From a virus: a stretch of DNA of 64,000 bases. The position numbers and the translations under genes were made by a program. Of the stretch, positions 28,063-37,511 are shown one piece after another (position 1 is the stretch's first letter; the number at the start of each line of letters is the position of its first letter). The notes under the pieces are model-generated. The model ran no database searches. It saw nothing but the letters and a program-made list of their open reading frames with translations, and had not been told where the DNA came from. The DNA lies in the IMG/VR virus record IMGVR_UViG_3300030098_006570, positions 1-64,000 of that record. One strand, 5' to 3'.

Positions 28063-29007
28063 TTATTCTCTATAAAACGCATCCTTCACGGTAGTGGGGA
28101 TATCCCCCAGCATAGTTTTCTCCCGAGAAAATTTGAATTCCACCGCATTTTCGCGTTTCACAATACGGGGACGCTCTTGGTTTTCCCCCAAACCGATAAG
28201 GTACCCGAGCACCTCGACGCTGATATTGGTTTCATAGTTGCGTTCGGCCATTGCGAGGTTCGCTTGGTTCGCATTATTCTGGAAATTGCCATTGATGAAC
28301 ACTTCATAAAAATGCCCCTCTTTGTGAATCCGCCGCGGCATCCGGGAATTCCCAGGAACCGTAACAAACGGCTGAATAAGCTGATTCATTTGTTGCTGAT
28401 ACTCGGTGCGAATAGATATCTGATACTGGACCTTTACCCACGTAGGGAGAGGGATACTCATCGTCTCATAAACGACCCTCTGGGTGGTCATGTCCCGGCT
28501 GGGGCTATTATACATTCGCGATCGCACATCATGGTTGGGCCCATAGCGGCGGTTGGCGGCGGCATTTTGGAATTCTGCCGTCTTTTTTTGATTGATGCGG
28601 CGGGCGACGGTGATCGTTCCGCCTTTGGCATCCGGATAAGGATACATATTGGCAAACACGGTACCCCGAAAATCCTGCTCTTTGGTAACCTCTGTGCGAG
28701 TCAGCGTGAGAAGAGGCAAAATTAGGGTGCCTTCATCATCGCGCAACTCTTTATTGTTCTTAATCTGATAGGCGCGTTCCGCCGTTACCCACAGAGGTGG
28801 GACGCGCCGGAAACCTTCGTTGGTAGTAACAAAAAGATCCAAATCGTGCGTCAAGAAATCTAGCATGGCACCATCAATAGTTTCCAGAGTAGACTCCATG
28901 AATTCTATAACCTGCAATTCACCTTCCACGCCAGGATCGCCCACATGATCAAAGCGCCTGGGGAGTTTTGCTTGTAGTTGTTTTTGACTCTTCTTACTTC
29001 GGGACAT
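28063..29007 (-). CDS. Tail terminator/sheath stabiliser (gp15-like)
   Basis: LRDDEGTLILPLL, P..VKVQY...T.YQQQMNQLI; lies between neck and sheath. Confidence 0.65.
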   Translation of the reverse strand: MSRSKKSQKQLQAKLPRRFDHVGDPGVEGELQVIEFMESTLETIDGAMLDFLTHDLDLFVTTNEGFRRVPPLWVTAERAYQIKNNKELRDDEGTLILPLLTLTRTEVTKEQDFRGTVFANMYPYPDAKGGTITVARRINQKKTAEFQNAAANRRYGPNHDVRSRMYNSPSRDMTTQRVVYETMSIPLPTWVKVQYQISIRTEYQQQMNQLIQPFVTVPGNSRMPRRIHKEGHFYEVFINGNFQNNANQANLAMAERNYETNISVEVLGYLIGLGENQERPRIVKRENAVEFKFSREKTMLGDIPTTVKDAFYRE

Positions 29008-29491
29008 GGAAATTACCCTTACGCGACTTGATGCACTCAGCACTCACTTGAAATATATGCTCTACCTGACCAAAGTAGTAACGCGTGTTATTATAAGTAC
29101 GTACGATTTCATAAAACTCGTCGCCATATTGAACAAAGTCTCCAACGCGAACAAATAAGTCTTGGTCTTCTACCAACCTGCGACGATGAAAGTTAACCGT
29201 GAGCTTGGTCTTGTACTCATAACCATATTTTTCATTAGTCTGCTCGTTGTCCACGATGACGTATGCATACACTCGCACCGCGGGAAGCGTAACTTTGTTG
29301 ATGGCCTCGCCGTATACGTCATGAAAGTTAGTATCTTCCAGGGAAACAGGATAATAGGCAATCGTTTGCCCCAACACCCGTTCAGCTAATTCGTCATTAA
29401 CCTGCTTAACAAGATCGCGCTCCTTCTTCCCAAAGAACATGGGAGGAGGGGGAGCTGCTGGCTGTGTCCACTTGTCTTTAGGGTCCGCCAT
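28994..29491 (-). CDS. Neck/head-closure protein (gp14-like)
   Basis: YYPVS..TNFHDVYGEA...VGDFVQY..EFYEI; position in the operon. Confidence 0.65.
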   Translation of the reverse strand: MADPKDKWTQPAAPPPPMFFGKKERDLVKQVNDELAERVLGQTIAYYPVSLEDTNFHDVYGEAINKVTLPAVRVYAYVIVDNEQTNEKYGYEYKTKLTVNFHRRRLVEDQDLFVRVGDFVQYGDEFYEIVRTYNNTRYYFGQVEHIFQVSAECIKSRKGNFHVPK

Positions 29492-29498
29492 GACTCAA

Positions 29499-30764
29499 TT
29501 ACCCTACAAAGATGCCTTGCGGAATGTTCTCCATAACTTTCTTGGTTGAATCCTGGAGGGTAGCATCCTTCGCTGCAAGCTCTGTATATGTAAGTTCGTC
29601 AAGCGTCGTCTTCAGTTCCGTACGGAGCATTTCTTGCTCTGCCTTAGCCTGGGACAGCAATTCAGCGGCGTTGAGAGTAACACTTTCGCCAGGAATAGGA
29701 ACTGTGGCGAACTTGCCCCGGACCTGTCCCAGCATTTCTTTTGTCAAAGCCAAAGCAAACCTTCGAATCCATTGCTTACCAATCGCATTAATATTCTCGT
29801 AAGGCAGGTTTGTAAAGGGCAGCGTATTCATGTTGTTGATACCCTTGATGCCCGACTTAGGCTCTCCGGCGCCTTCGGACCAGGGATCATATTGGTTTTC
29901 AATAGTAAACTGAATCCAAAACTTATCGGGGCTTGTGCTATCGGGCTGTGGGAATATCCTCAGTTTATTGTTTTTAATCTCATATGAGTAATGAGAGATA
30001 CGAGTATAGATAGCATCTTCATAAGCCATCGCTTGTAGTTTATTCTGCCACACCGGCACAATTTCAAATGTAGAATCATCAGCATACTGGCCGTACGTAC
30101 GCAGGTTCCCCACCACTGAGAAGCCTCCATAGTATCCATAGAATCGCCACATCGCGCGGGGCGTCTTGTAAAATACCTTACGCACTACAATTCGCTTATC
30201 CTGCACCTGACCCGCATAAGGAAGGGTGGCGGTAAGGGCCGACGACGCTGAGATGATGGCTTGCAGGTCATAGTCCTGCTGCAGGGGTACCATATCAAAG
30301 GATCCGGAATAGATCGGCAGGGTTCCTCCCAAACCGGTTTCAGTGGCCGAGCGTTCAGACACTCGACGCGCAAAACCATAATCAAATCGTGGATATGCAA
30401 GCGATGCGCTCGCACCAGAAAGAGCATTGGTGATGATGCCATCATGATCAAAAGTACCCGTGGGGGCACCGAGGAGATCCGATAAAGCATTCTTACTTTG
30501 ATGAATGTTTACCAAATATGAATATTCTAAAACTGCCTCTTCATATGCGGCGTACACATTACCGGGGGCTAGCTCAATATCCAGAACGTCACCTCCCAGC
30601 TTTTTATAGGTAAAAGCTACTTGGTCAGCTGCGCCCGAAACAAAAGACGTAGAACTTGCATAAATTCCAAAAGGCAATGCGGCAGCGACTGCGGAGGTGG
30701 TCCCGGTAACCGGTAAGATATTGGCATTACTGGTAGATGCGGGGTTTAGATTAGGGATGGCCAT
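29499..30764 (-). CDS. Neck/head-tail adaptor protein (gp13-like)
   Basis: KLGGDVLDIEL, WIRRFALALTKEMLGQVRGKF..PIPG..VTLN. Confidence 0.8.
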   Translation of the reverse strand: MAIPNLNPASTSNANILPVTGTTSAVAAALPFGIYASSTSFVSGAADQVAFTYKKLGGDVLDIELAPGNVYAAYEEAVLEYSYLVNIHQSKNALSDLLGAPTGTFDHDGIITNALSGASASLAYPRFDYGFARRVSERSATETGLGGTLPIYSGSFDMVPLQQDYDLQAIISASSALTATLPYAGQVQDKRIVVRKVFYKTPRAMWRFYGYYGGFSVVGNLRTYGQYADDSTFEIVPVWQNKLQAMAYEDAIYTRISHYSYEIKNNKLRIFPQPDSTSPDKFWIQFTIENQYDPWSEGAGEPKSGIKGINNMNTLPFTNLPYENINAIGKQWIRRFALALTKEMLGQVRGKFATVPIPGESVTLNAAELLSQAKAEQEMLRTELKTTLDELTYTELAAKDATLQDSTKKVMENIPQGIFVG

Positions 30765-30795
30765 GTATAATCCTCAATTAGACTATTACTAAATA

Positions 30796-30827
30796 GAAAG
30801 CCCCGCCTCAAAAGAGACGGGGCTTTC
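30796..30827 (-). terminator. Intrinsic terminator after major capsid gene
   Basis: GAAAGCCCCGTCTC-TTTT-GAGGCGGGGCTTTC followed by TATTT. Confidence 0.75.
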
Positions 30828-30855
30828 AGTATTTTGACCTTAAGTCAGGCTAGTA

Positions 30856-32613
30856 CTAGACTAGACCACGCACAATTACGAGTCCATACATATCAGGACG
30901 GACCATCTTCTTGGCGTATCGGGTCATCACGCCCTTACGGGGCACGAAGTCTTCAACACCGAAGATCGTAGGTGTGGTCTGCAGCGGCACATAAGGTGCA
31001 TACACATAGCCGCTCTCAAGGAAGCTACTGCCACGTCGACCCACCAGGAGAACCTGACGGGGGAAGTAAGCATCGACAAAGATGTCGAACTTCTTGGAAA
31101 GCGAACCAACCTTGACAGCACCGGCATCGCCGCGCTCATCATCAGCAGTCACATTGGCACGGAAGCCAGCCGTGAACTCAAGAATGTTGGCAACTTCAGG
31201 TCCGCAGACGACGAAGTTGGCAGCACCACGGAGAGTCTTACGGTGGATTGCAGCCGAAACCTCGTTGATTGTCTCAACAAGAGTCTCATACCACTCACTC
31301 ACGTTACCCGTGAAGTCAGCCGTACCAGCGGCCAGAGGCGTACCAGTGTCACGGTTGACAAACTGGCCGGGGTTCCGGCTCCAGTACTTCACACCAGCCC
31401 GAGCACCGATACGAAGGTCCTCAAGGATCTCCTGATCGATTTCAAGAGCGATCTGCTCAGAAAGAATCTGAGTCAGCTCGACTTCGGCGTCAAGGTTGTG
31501 GTAGGCGTTAAGATCCTGTCCTAACTCCGGGGTCCACTTGGCCTTGAGCTTCTTGGTGATCGCCGTGACAGACACGGAATCGACCTTGATGTCGATCTCG
31601 GGAATGTCAGCACTACCTTCGAGTCCCCATGTGGAAGTCGGGAGAACCGCACCAACGGGGGCACCAGCACCAGCAAAGTTGTCGGTGATAGTGAAGTAGA
31701 AGGCGTTACGGCCTGTACCAGCACCAGCAACAGTCGGAACCAGCGAGGACGACAGCTGACCGGGGTTTTGGCCACCAGCATAGTCGACAAGAGTCACAAG
31801 CAGGGTGGTGTTCGGAGCATTCGGATCGCGGCGGGTAAGGCTACGGCGAATGGCTGCCGCGGGAGCACCCGCAATGGCACCCGTGGGAGCCAGCGTAATC
31901 AGATCGTCCGTGTTGAGCTGGGCGTTGACAAGCTGAGCCAAAGGCACAGTAGCAACAGCGAACGTGGTACCACTGGGGAGATCCGCATCGAACTCAAGCA
32001 GGCTCTGCTCAGTCCGCAGAGCAGCTGCGCCGCGGAAGTTCAGAATGCTAGACGTCGAGACAGTACCCGAAGCAACAATCGTAATTCCTGTGCACAGCAG
32101 CGACGAGGTCGGAGACGAGTAGCCGTTGTTGAGAGCATAAGGACCGTCCTCAGAGAACGCACCGGTAAGGTTGACACCACCAGTAAGCTGGGCACCCACC
32201 ACGTTGCCTCCGTAAATGGACGAACCACTGGGGTAGCCATCATCGAAGACACCACGAGCACGACCACCGATCTGACCAGAGATCGTGAAGTCGAGGAAGA
32301 AGATGAGGCCTGAGGGCAGGCTCATCGGCTGGACGCTAACGAGATCGTTGGCGATCAGGTTGCCGAAGACTCGGCGAACGAGGGGGAATGCAACAGCTGC
32401 AAAACCCTCAACGTCACCAGCACTCATGCTGGAAGACTCACGGAGAAGCTCCTTTGCCTGGTTCTCAAGCAATCGGGCCATTCCGTTCCGAAGACCATCA
32501 TCGCTAATTCCCTCAAGCAGTCCGGTGTTCTCCCACTTAGAAATGAGAGCGGCACCTTCGGCCGAGAGGTCACGGTTGACGATTCCTTCGGTTAATTTCT
32601 GTACAATAGACAT
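30856..32613 (-). CDS. Major capsid protein (T4 gp23-like)
   Basis: FPLVRRVF, VSVQPMSLPSGLIF, KLKAKWTPELGQDL, YAPYVPL and GVMTRY motifs; strong AGGAGG SD. Confidence 0.95.
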   Translation of the reverse strand: MSIVQKLTEGIVNRDLSAEGAALISKWENTGLLEGISDDGLRNGMARLLENQAKELLRESSSMSAGDVEGFAAVAFPLVRRVFGNLIANDLVSVQPMSLPSGLIFFLDFTISGQIGGRARGVFDDGYPSGSSIYGGNVVGAQLTGGVNLTGAFSEDGPYALNNGYSSPTSSLLCTGITIVASGTVSTSSILNFRGAAALRTEQSLLEFDADLPSGTTFAVATVPLAQLVNAQLNTDDLITLAPTGAIAGAPAAAIRRSLTRRDPNAPNTTLLVTLVDYAGGQNPGQLSSSLVPTVAGAGTGRNAFYFTITDNFAGAGAPVGAVLPTSTWGLEGSADIPEIDIKVDSVSVTAITKKLKAKWTPELGQDLNAYHNLDAEVELTQILSEQIALEIDQEILEDLRIGARAGVKYWSRNPGQFVNRDTGTPLAAGTADFTGNVSEWYETLVETINEVSAAIHRKTLRGAANFVVCGPEVANILEFTAGFRANVTADDERGDAGAVKVGSLSKKFDIFVDAYFPRQVLLVGRRGSSFLESGYVYAPYVPLQTTPTIFGVEDFVPRKGVMTRYAKKMVRPDMYGLVIVRGLV

Positions 32614-32640
32614 TTTATAACCTCCTATAATTGTTGAATG

Positions 32641-33735
32641 TCATTTATTATTCAAACCTGCTAAACGCAGCATGCGATCCATCTTAGAATCGCGAGTTGC
32701 CGTGTTGTTTTTCTTAGAATTGATCAAAAGCGACGTTGGTCTTGTAACAGCTTCACGAAGTGTTTGTGGACGTGTTCTCTGATCAGGAGTGTTCCCCACT
32801 GCGTTTTGAATTGTTTCATAGATCATCGCTGCTTCTTCAACAGAATTGGCAGTCTGAACAGCTTCGGCAATTTGATTCTTTTGCCGCTCATTCAAGGAGG
32901 TGCTATTCAAAGCCTTGTTTTGATAAACAAGCTTGGCGTTTGCCAAGTTCAACTTATTAAGCTGAGCCTTGGCCTCCATAATGAGAGCACGTAGCTCTCG
33001 GTTGGATTCTTTGAGTTCGGAAATCTTGGCCTCATAAAGGCCGGCGTCGCTCACGACGTCAGGGGCCGTATCGACTTCCTCTTCGATATCTTCTTCTTCC
33101 AGGTGAGCAGCCTGGGCAGCGGCCATGGCATCGTTGTTGGCCTGCTCGACACTGTTGTACGCAGAGTTGACAGAGGACCAGCCCTGGGGGCGCGGGGTCA
33201 TATCTACAACCAACTCTTCAATCAGGTCGGCCAAGAGTTCCTCACTTAAAGGAATCTCTTGGTCTTCTTCTAAGTCCACTCGCGCAGAGGATCCGGCGAG
33301 TTCGGCGGAGTCCTCTTCCGCATCGTTGTCTAGCATTGTGTCAGTAATCTCTTCGGCTAGCTCAAGCGAATCATTGAGATCAGCAGCGCTGGCCTCAACC
33401 CCGGCGGCCTCCTCCTCGGCGATACGAGTCTTCAGGGCATCAAAATCAATTTCAACCAACTCGTCAGCCGCGGGGGCATCCAACTGTTCGCTCTGGAAGC
33501 CGTAAGGCACATCTTCCATAAAAGTTGTGGAAGGGGCAGCTGCGACGCCGTCGTCTTCCTCAAGGCCTCCAAGGCCCATGGCGGCATCGTCGCCCATTTC
33601 CTGTTCTAGCAGGGTGTTGACTGCTGTACGTACCTCGTCCGCATACCGTTCGAGGACGGCCGACTCTGCATTTTTGAGTGCGGCCTCCTTGAGGGCGCCA
33701 GCATCTACGATTGCTTCTTCTAATAAGGAAGACAT
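32641..33735 (-). CDS. Prohead core scaffolding protein
   Basis: Acidic coiled-coil protein immediately upstream of the capsid gene; NAKLVYQNK; ends RMLRLAGL. Confidence 0.8.
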   Translation of the reverse strand: MSSLLEEAIVDAGALKEAALKNAESAVLERYADEVRTAVNTLLEQEMGDDAAMGLGGLEEDDGVAAAPSTTFMEDVPYGFQSEQLDAPAADELVEIDFDALKTRIAEEEAAGVEASAADLNDSLELAEEITDTMLDNDAEEDSAELAGSSARVDLEEDQEIPLSEELLADLIEELVVDMTPRPQGWSSVNSAYNSVEQANNDAMAAAQAAHLEEEDIEEEVDTAPDVVSDAGLYEAKISELKESNRELRALIMEAKAQLNKLNLANAKLVYQNKALNSTSLNERQKNQIAEAVQTANSVEEAAMIYETIQNAVGNTPDQRTRPQTLREAVTRPTSLLINSKKNNTATRDSKMDRMLRLAGLNNK

Positions 33736-33811
33736 AAACTAACTCCAATAGCTAAAATTCCACTAATAACTAGTGATTAGGTTTTCGAAATGCCCGAGGA
33801 GGATGAATTTC

Positions 33812-34780
33812 TTAGTCCCGGACAGCCCTAAGAGTGCTTAGTAATTGATCCAGCTCTTTTTTACTATTTCGAATAACGCTTTTATAATCCTTCTCTGCTT
33901 GATTCATTTCTTCTAAAGTTGATGTGATTTGTGCTTCCAGGGCTGATACTGTACTTAGTTGCGCAGCGGTTCGTTGTGTTGAAAGTGAAACTATTTCATC
34001 CAATAATTGTTGCTGTTGCTTTTTCGTTTCCTCTAGTGCCAGGTCCTTGATTCCGATATGAATATGATTCTCATCCTCTCTAATAAGGAAGTTATCATCA
34101 AACACTAGAGTTTTGAATTGTAGGTGTTGATTACGTCCCTTGGTAACCTTACCCTTGTAAAGGGAAACGCCAGAACCTAAGCTATCACCGCCATTGACCA
34201 CATTCAAGACTTGGCTATTCATGGCGGCAATGTGCCCCATTAAAGAAGTAATTGAAAGGCGGCCGACGCCGCTACGTTGTGAGTTAACTAAAATATGATC
34301 AAACTTGCTGGCATCCGGTAGAGCGGGTGTATCAGAAAAACTTACTGAAAGTCCTGTATCACTCATTCGAAGCAGCGAAGAGGGATCTAGCTTGAGTGAT
34401 AGCTTTTCGTCTACTATTTCAAAGCACGCATTGTTGTGGGCCAGCTGCTCTAAAGGGAGGGCGCCCGAGATGGCGCTAGAGGGGATATTGGTGAGCTTGC
34501 TCCCATCTCCACTAAAGCCGGGTGCCGTCACCTCTTTGGCAACAACAACCGTATCTTTAGCAAGAAGAATGTCTGTAGTGGTATCCAACTTGGCATTGCC
34601 GCCTCCTACCACTAGGCGATTGACCACATTGCTTTTCATTACCTCGATGGCGGGCGGCTTAAGTTCGGTTCCATCCAGAAGCTCAAACTTGTTTGCTGCA
34701 ACACCATCGGTAAAAGTTTTCCGGGCTGTGATGGTTTGCTCAGTGTTGTGGGTGCAAAGATTTTTAGGTGTTGATGCCAT
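33812..34780 (-). CDS. Hypothetical fibre-associated protein
   Basis: FSGDGSKLTNI fibre-like motif; C-terminal coiled coil. Confidence 0.55.
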   Translation of the reverse strand: MASTPKNLCTHNTEQTITARKTFTDGVAANKFELLDGTELKPPAIEVMKSNVVNRLVVGGGNAKLDTTTDILLAKDTVVVAKEVTAPGFSGDGSKLTNIPSSAISGALPLEQLAHNNACFEIVDEKLSLKLDPSSLLRMSDTGLSVSFSDTPALPDASKFDHILVNSQRSGVGRLSITSLMGHIAAMNSQVLNVVNGGDSLGSGVSLYKGKVTKGRNQHLQFKTLVFDDNFLIREDENHIHIGIKDLALEETKKQQQQLLDEIVSLSTQRTAAQLSTVSALEAQITSTLEEMNQAEKDYKSVIRNSKKELDQLLSTLRAVRD

Positions 34781-34818
34781 ATCAGGTGCCTCTCCTTAGG
34801 ACTCTTAGGTTAGTCATC

Positions 34819-37374
34819 TCAGGCCAGCTCCACGTAAGTAGAGCCGGGATTGAAATATATAACCTTAGGTGTAGTGGTGGCATAGCCAATCACTCGCACA
34901 TAATTATTTGAGGCGGTGGGGGCAACACTTTTGAACTTTGCGCTGGAAGTGGACACATAGACGGCACTGCCGGTCTTGTAGTTTCCGACGAAATAAGTCT
35001 CGGCATCCACAAAACCCCGAATTAGCATACCATCACTTGAGGGGTTGCTTCCCAAGGAAATAGCCAAGAGTTGACTCTCTCCCCCACCGCTCGTGGGACT
35101 GCTTCCCGTTTGGGCAGCCGAGGCGGAAGCCCATCCACCCTGATCGTTAAGATAATAGAGGGCCCCCGTTTGTAGGCCGCTGGCTGAGCTAGTGCCAAAA
35201 TAAACCACTTCGCCGGCACCCGTATTGTTTGGAAGTACCGACGGGGCTTTAGATCCGGTATAATGAACCTCTAAGGCAATTTTTGGTTTTTGGCTTTTAC
35301 CAAAAGAGGCGCCGCCATCTATAAGGGTCACATTGGAGACATAAAGGCCTGAGCCCGAAATATTGGCAGAGGCCGACAAGCTCGCATAAACATCTACATT
35401 GCCGTTAGTATTGACCCGGAGCATCGGGGAGCCACTGTTATCCTGGAAGTCATAGCCAGTGAAGTTGGGCTGAGTACCCTTAAATTGGAGAAGGCCGCCG
35501 GCATTGCGTCCCATCTTATAATGATAAGTTCCTCCACTTCCCACCCGCAACTGATCTCCGGCGGCCGAACCCAGCACACTCAATGCTGCAGCCGAGCTGG
35601 CTGTATTTACCGTGATGGCGCTTGAGGCACTCACATGGGTAACAGTGAGTGCAGCGCCCGAGATAATCCCGTCATGGCCGAGGTAGGCAAGAAGACCGTC
35701 CTCAGCTGCATTAAGGACCGAAATGGAAGCGGTCTTCGCCATAATACCGGTGAAGTTGTTGCCGGCGGGGCCTTTAGTCCGCACCTGCAGGAAACTCCCG
35801 CCGCCTAGGCCGTCGTCGTTATATGTAAAGTCGGCCGATGACGTCAGTTGTCCGTTACCGTCCAGATCGGCGAACACGATGCCACTGCTGGTTAGGCTCG
35901 ACACATAAGCAGTAGAGCCATAAAAAGCAGAGGCCGAAATATTATGAGACGCAGTGAGACTTCCGGAGACAATCGCTAGGCCTTTGCTAACTCCATCGAT
36001 GGTAGAACCAGTGGGATCGAGAATGAAAGACTTGTGTATAACTCCCATGGAGCCGGCCGTTGTAAGCATCGTAACGCCCAACAGGCCTTCGGGATAAATA
36101 TCAATAGCTGTCTTCCCATTATAACTACTGCTCCGGAAATAGGCATAACTGCTCCCTCGGTTGCGCAGATTGATTCCGCCGACGCCCCCAACGTCCGAGC
36201 CATCGAGGATAATTTTACCAGCAGGACTCAAAGTAAAGTCCGCCGAACTACTCAAAATGGACGAGGAGATATAGGTGGGATAACTCCTCGACGCGTTGGA
36301 TCCCAACTTAACAAAGGGAAGCTGGGCGCCTGACATTATCAATTGACCGGATCCTGAAATAGACCCGCTCATCATAACTTTATCGCCCAGGAAGCTGAAA
36401 TTGCCGGAGCCGCTGAAGGCGCCCGCATTGTTAAACTGAATGTTCGTGTTCGAGCCGCCGGGTGTACCGCCGCCTCCCACGTTCTTCAAATACTGGCCGT
36501 CGCCATAAAAAGCAGAGGCTGATACATGGCCAGAAGCGGTGATATGAGAAGAGGCCGAAATAGTGCCGTCATGACCTAGGTATACCAGCAGCCCAGTTTC
36601 AGCAGCATTGAGAACGGAAATAGAAGCGGTCTTCGCCATAATACCTGTAAAGTTATTAGCTCCTGGGCCTTTTGTACGAACCTGTAGGAACTTACCGCCA
36701 CCTATACCATCATCACTGTACGTAAATTCGGCCGAGGAAGTAAGTTTTCCGTTGGGGCCTGCAGCGACGACCCCGCTGCTGGTGAGACTTGACACATAAG
36801 CGTTGGAACCATAAAAAGCAGAGGCCGAAAGATTGGCCGAGGCAGAAACTTGAGTGTTAGCATTCAAGATTATGTTGTCGCCATTGATATCGAGATTAGT
36901 GCCGTTATTTGTAATTTTGTAAGTTTTGGCCGCATCAAAGAAAATAGAATTTCCAGAGGGCACGAACACATTAGATGCTGTAAGATTAGCTGATGCGGAT
37001 AGGGCCCCGCTCACTATCATCTTGGAGCCGGTCCATTTAAGACTATTGGTGCCTCCGAGGGTACCTCCATTATTAAACTGGATATTAGTGGTGGCCCCGG
37101 CGGCAGAACTAGTCGCGATGCCGTGGAGGTATTGACCATCGCCATAGAAAGCTGAAGCCGAGACATGGCCAGATGCTGTGATATTAGAAGAGGCAGAGAT
37201 CTGCCCTAAAACTTGAACCAGCGTATCCGAGGCGGAAACGTTGAGTACTTTAACTCCACCTACACCAAAGGAAATAAAGTCATTTCCCCAGTCTATGTAT
37301 GTATCCTGATTAGGATCGTCCTCGGCGTAAATATCGCCTCTAAATATTCTACCTTTTGCTGAACCGTATGCCAT
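34819..37374 (-). CDS. Ser/Gly-rich fibre/decoration protein with internal duplication
   Basis: Repeated ISAS..SASAFYGDG and TNIQFNN motifs; a ~95-aa block is duplicated. Confidence 0.7.
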   Translation of the reverse strand: MAYGSAKGRIFRGDIYAEDDPNQDTYIDWGNDFISFGVGGVKVLNVSASDTLVQVLGQISASSNITASGHVSASAFYGDGQYLHGIATSSAAGATTNIQFNNGGTLGGTNSLKWTGSKMIVSGALSASANLTASNVFVPSGNSIFFDAAKTYKITNNGTNLDINGDNIILNANTQVSASANLSASAFYGSNAYVSSLTSSGVVAAGPNGKLTSSAEFTYSDDGIGGGKFLQVRTKGPGANNFTGIMAKTASISVLNAAETGLLVYLGHDGTISASSHITASGHVSASAFYGDGQYLKNVGGGGTPGGSNTNIQFNNAGAFSGSGNFSFLGDKVMMSGSISGSGQLIMSGAQLPFVKLGSNASRSYPTYISSSILSSSADFTLSPAGKIILDGSDVGGVGGINLRNRGSSYAYFRSSSYNGKTAIDIYPEGLLGVTMLTTAGSMGVIHKSFILDPTGSTIDGVSKGLAIVSGSLTASHNISASAFYGSTAYVSSLTSSGIVFADLDGNGQLTSSADFTYNDDGLGGGSFLQVRTKGPAGNNFTGIMAKTASISVLNAAEDGLLAYLGHDGIISGAALTVTHVSASSAITVNTASSAAALSVLGSAAGDQLRVGSGGTYHYKMGRNAGGLLQFKGTQPNFTGYDFQDNSGSPMLRVNTNGNVDVYASLSASANISGSGLYVSNVTLIDGGASFGKSQKPKIALEVHYTGSKAPSVLPNNTGAGEVVYFGTSSASGLQTGALYYLNDQGGWASASAAQTGSSPTSGGGESQLLAISLGSNPSSDGMLIRGFVDAETYFVGNYKTGSAVYVSTSSAKFKSVAPTASNNYVRVIGYATTTPKVIYFNPGSTYVELA

Positions 37375-37431
37375 TGATTATTCTCCGGGTATAATAAATA
37401 GTATCCAATCTAATCTATGAATGTTTAAAGT

Positions 37432-37466
37432 AAAAAGGGCGGGTACCCCGAAAGATACCCACCCTT
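37432..37466 (-). terminator. Intrinsic terminator
   Basis: AAGGGTGGGTATC-TTTCGG-GGTACCCGCCCTT followed by TTT. Confidence 0.7.
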
Positions 37467-37511
37467 AATATTTATCATCACCAAGGTGATGTCTCCGAAG
37501 AGACCTCTATC

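Noticed and set aside
35657-36830. Duplicated block as a DGR template/variable repeat
   Set aside because: Both copies are in frame in one gene, the differences are not adenine-restricted, and there is no reverse transcriptase in the window.
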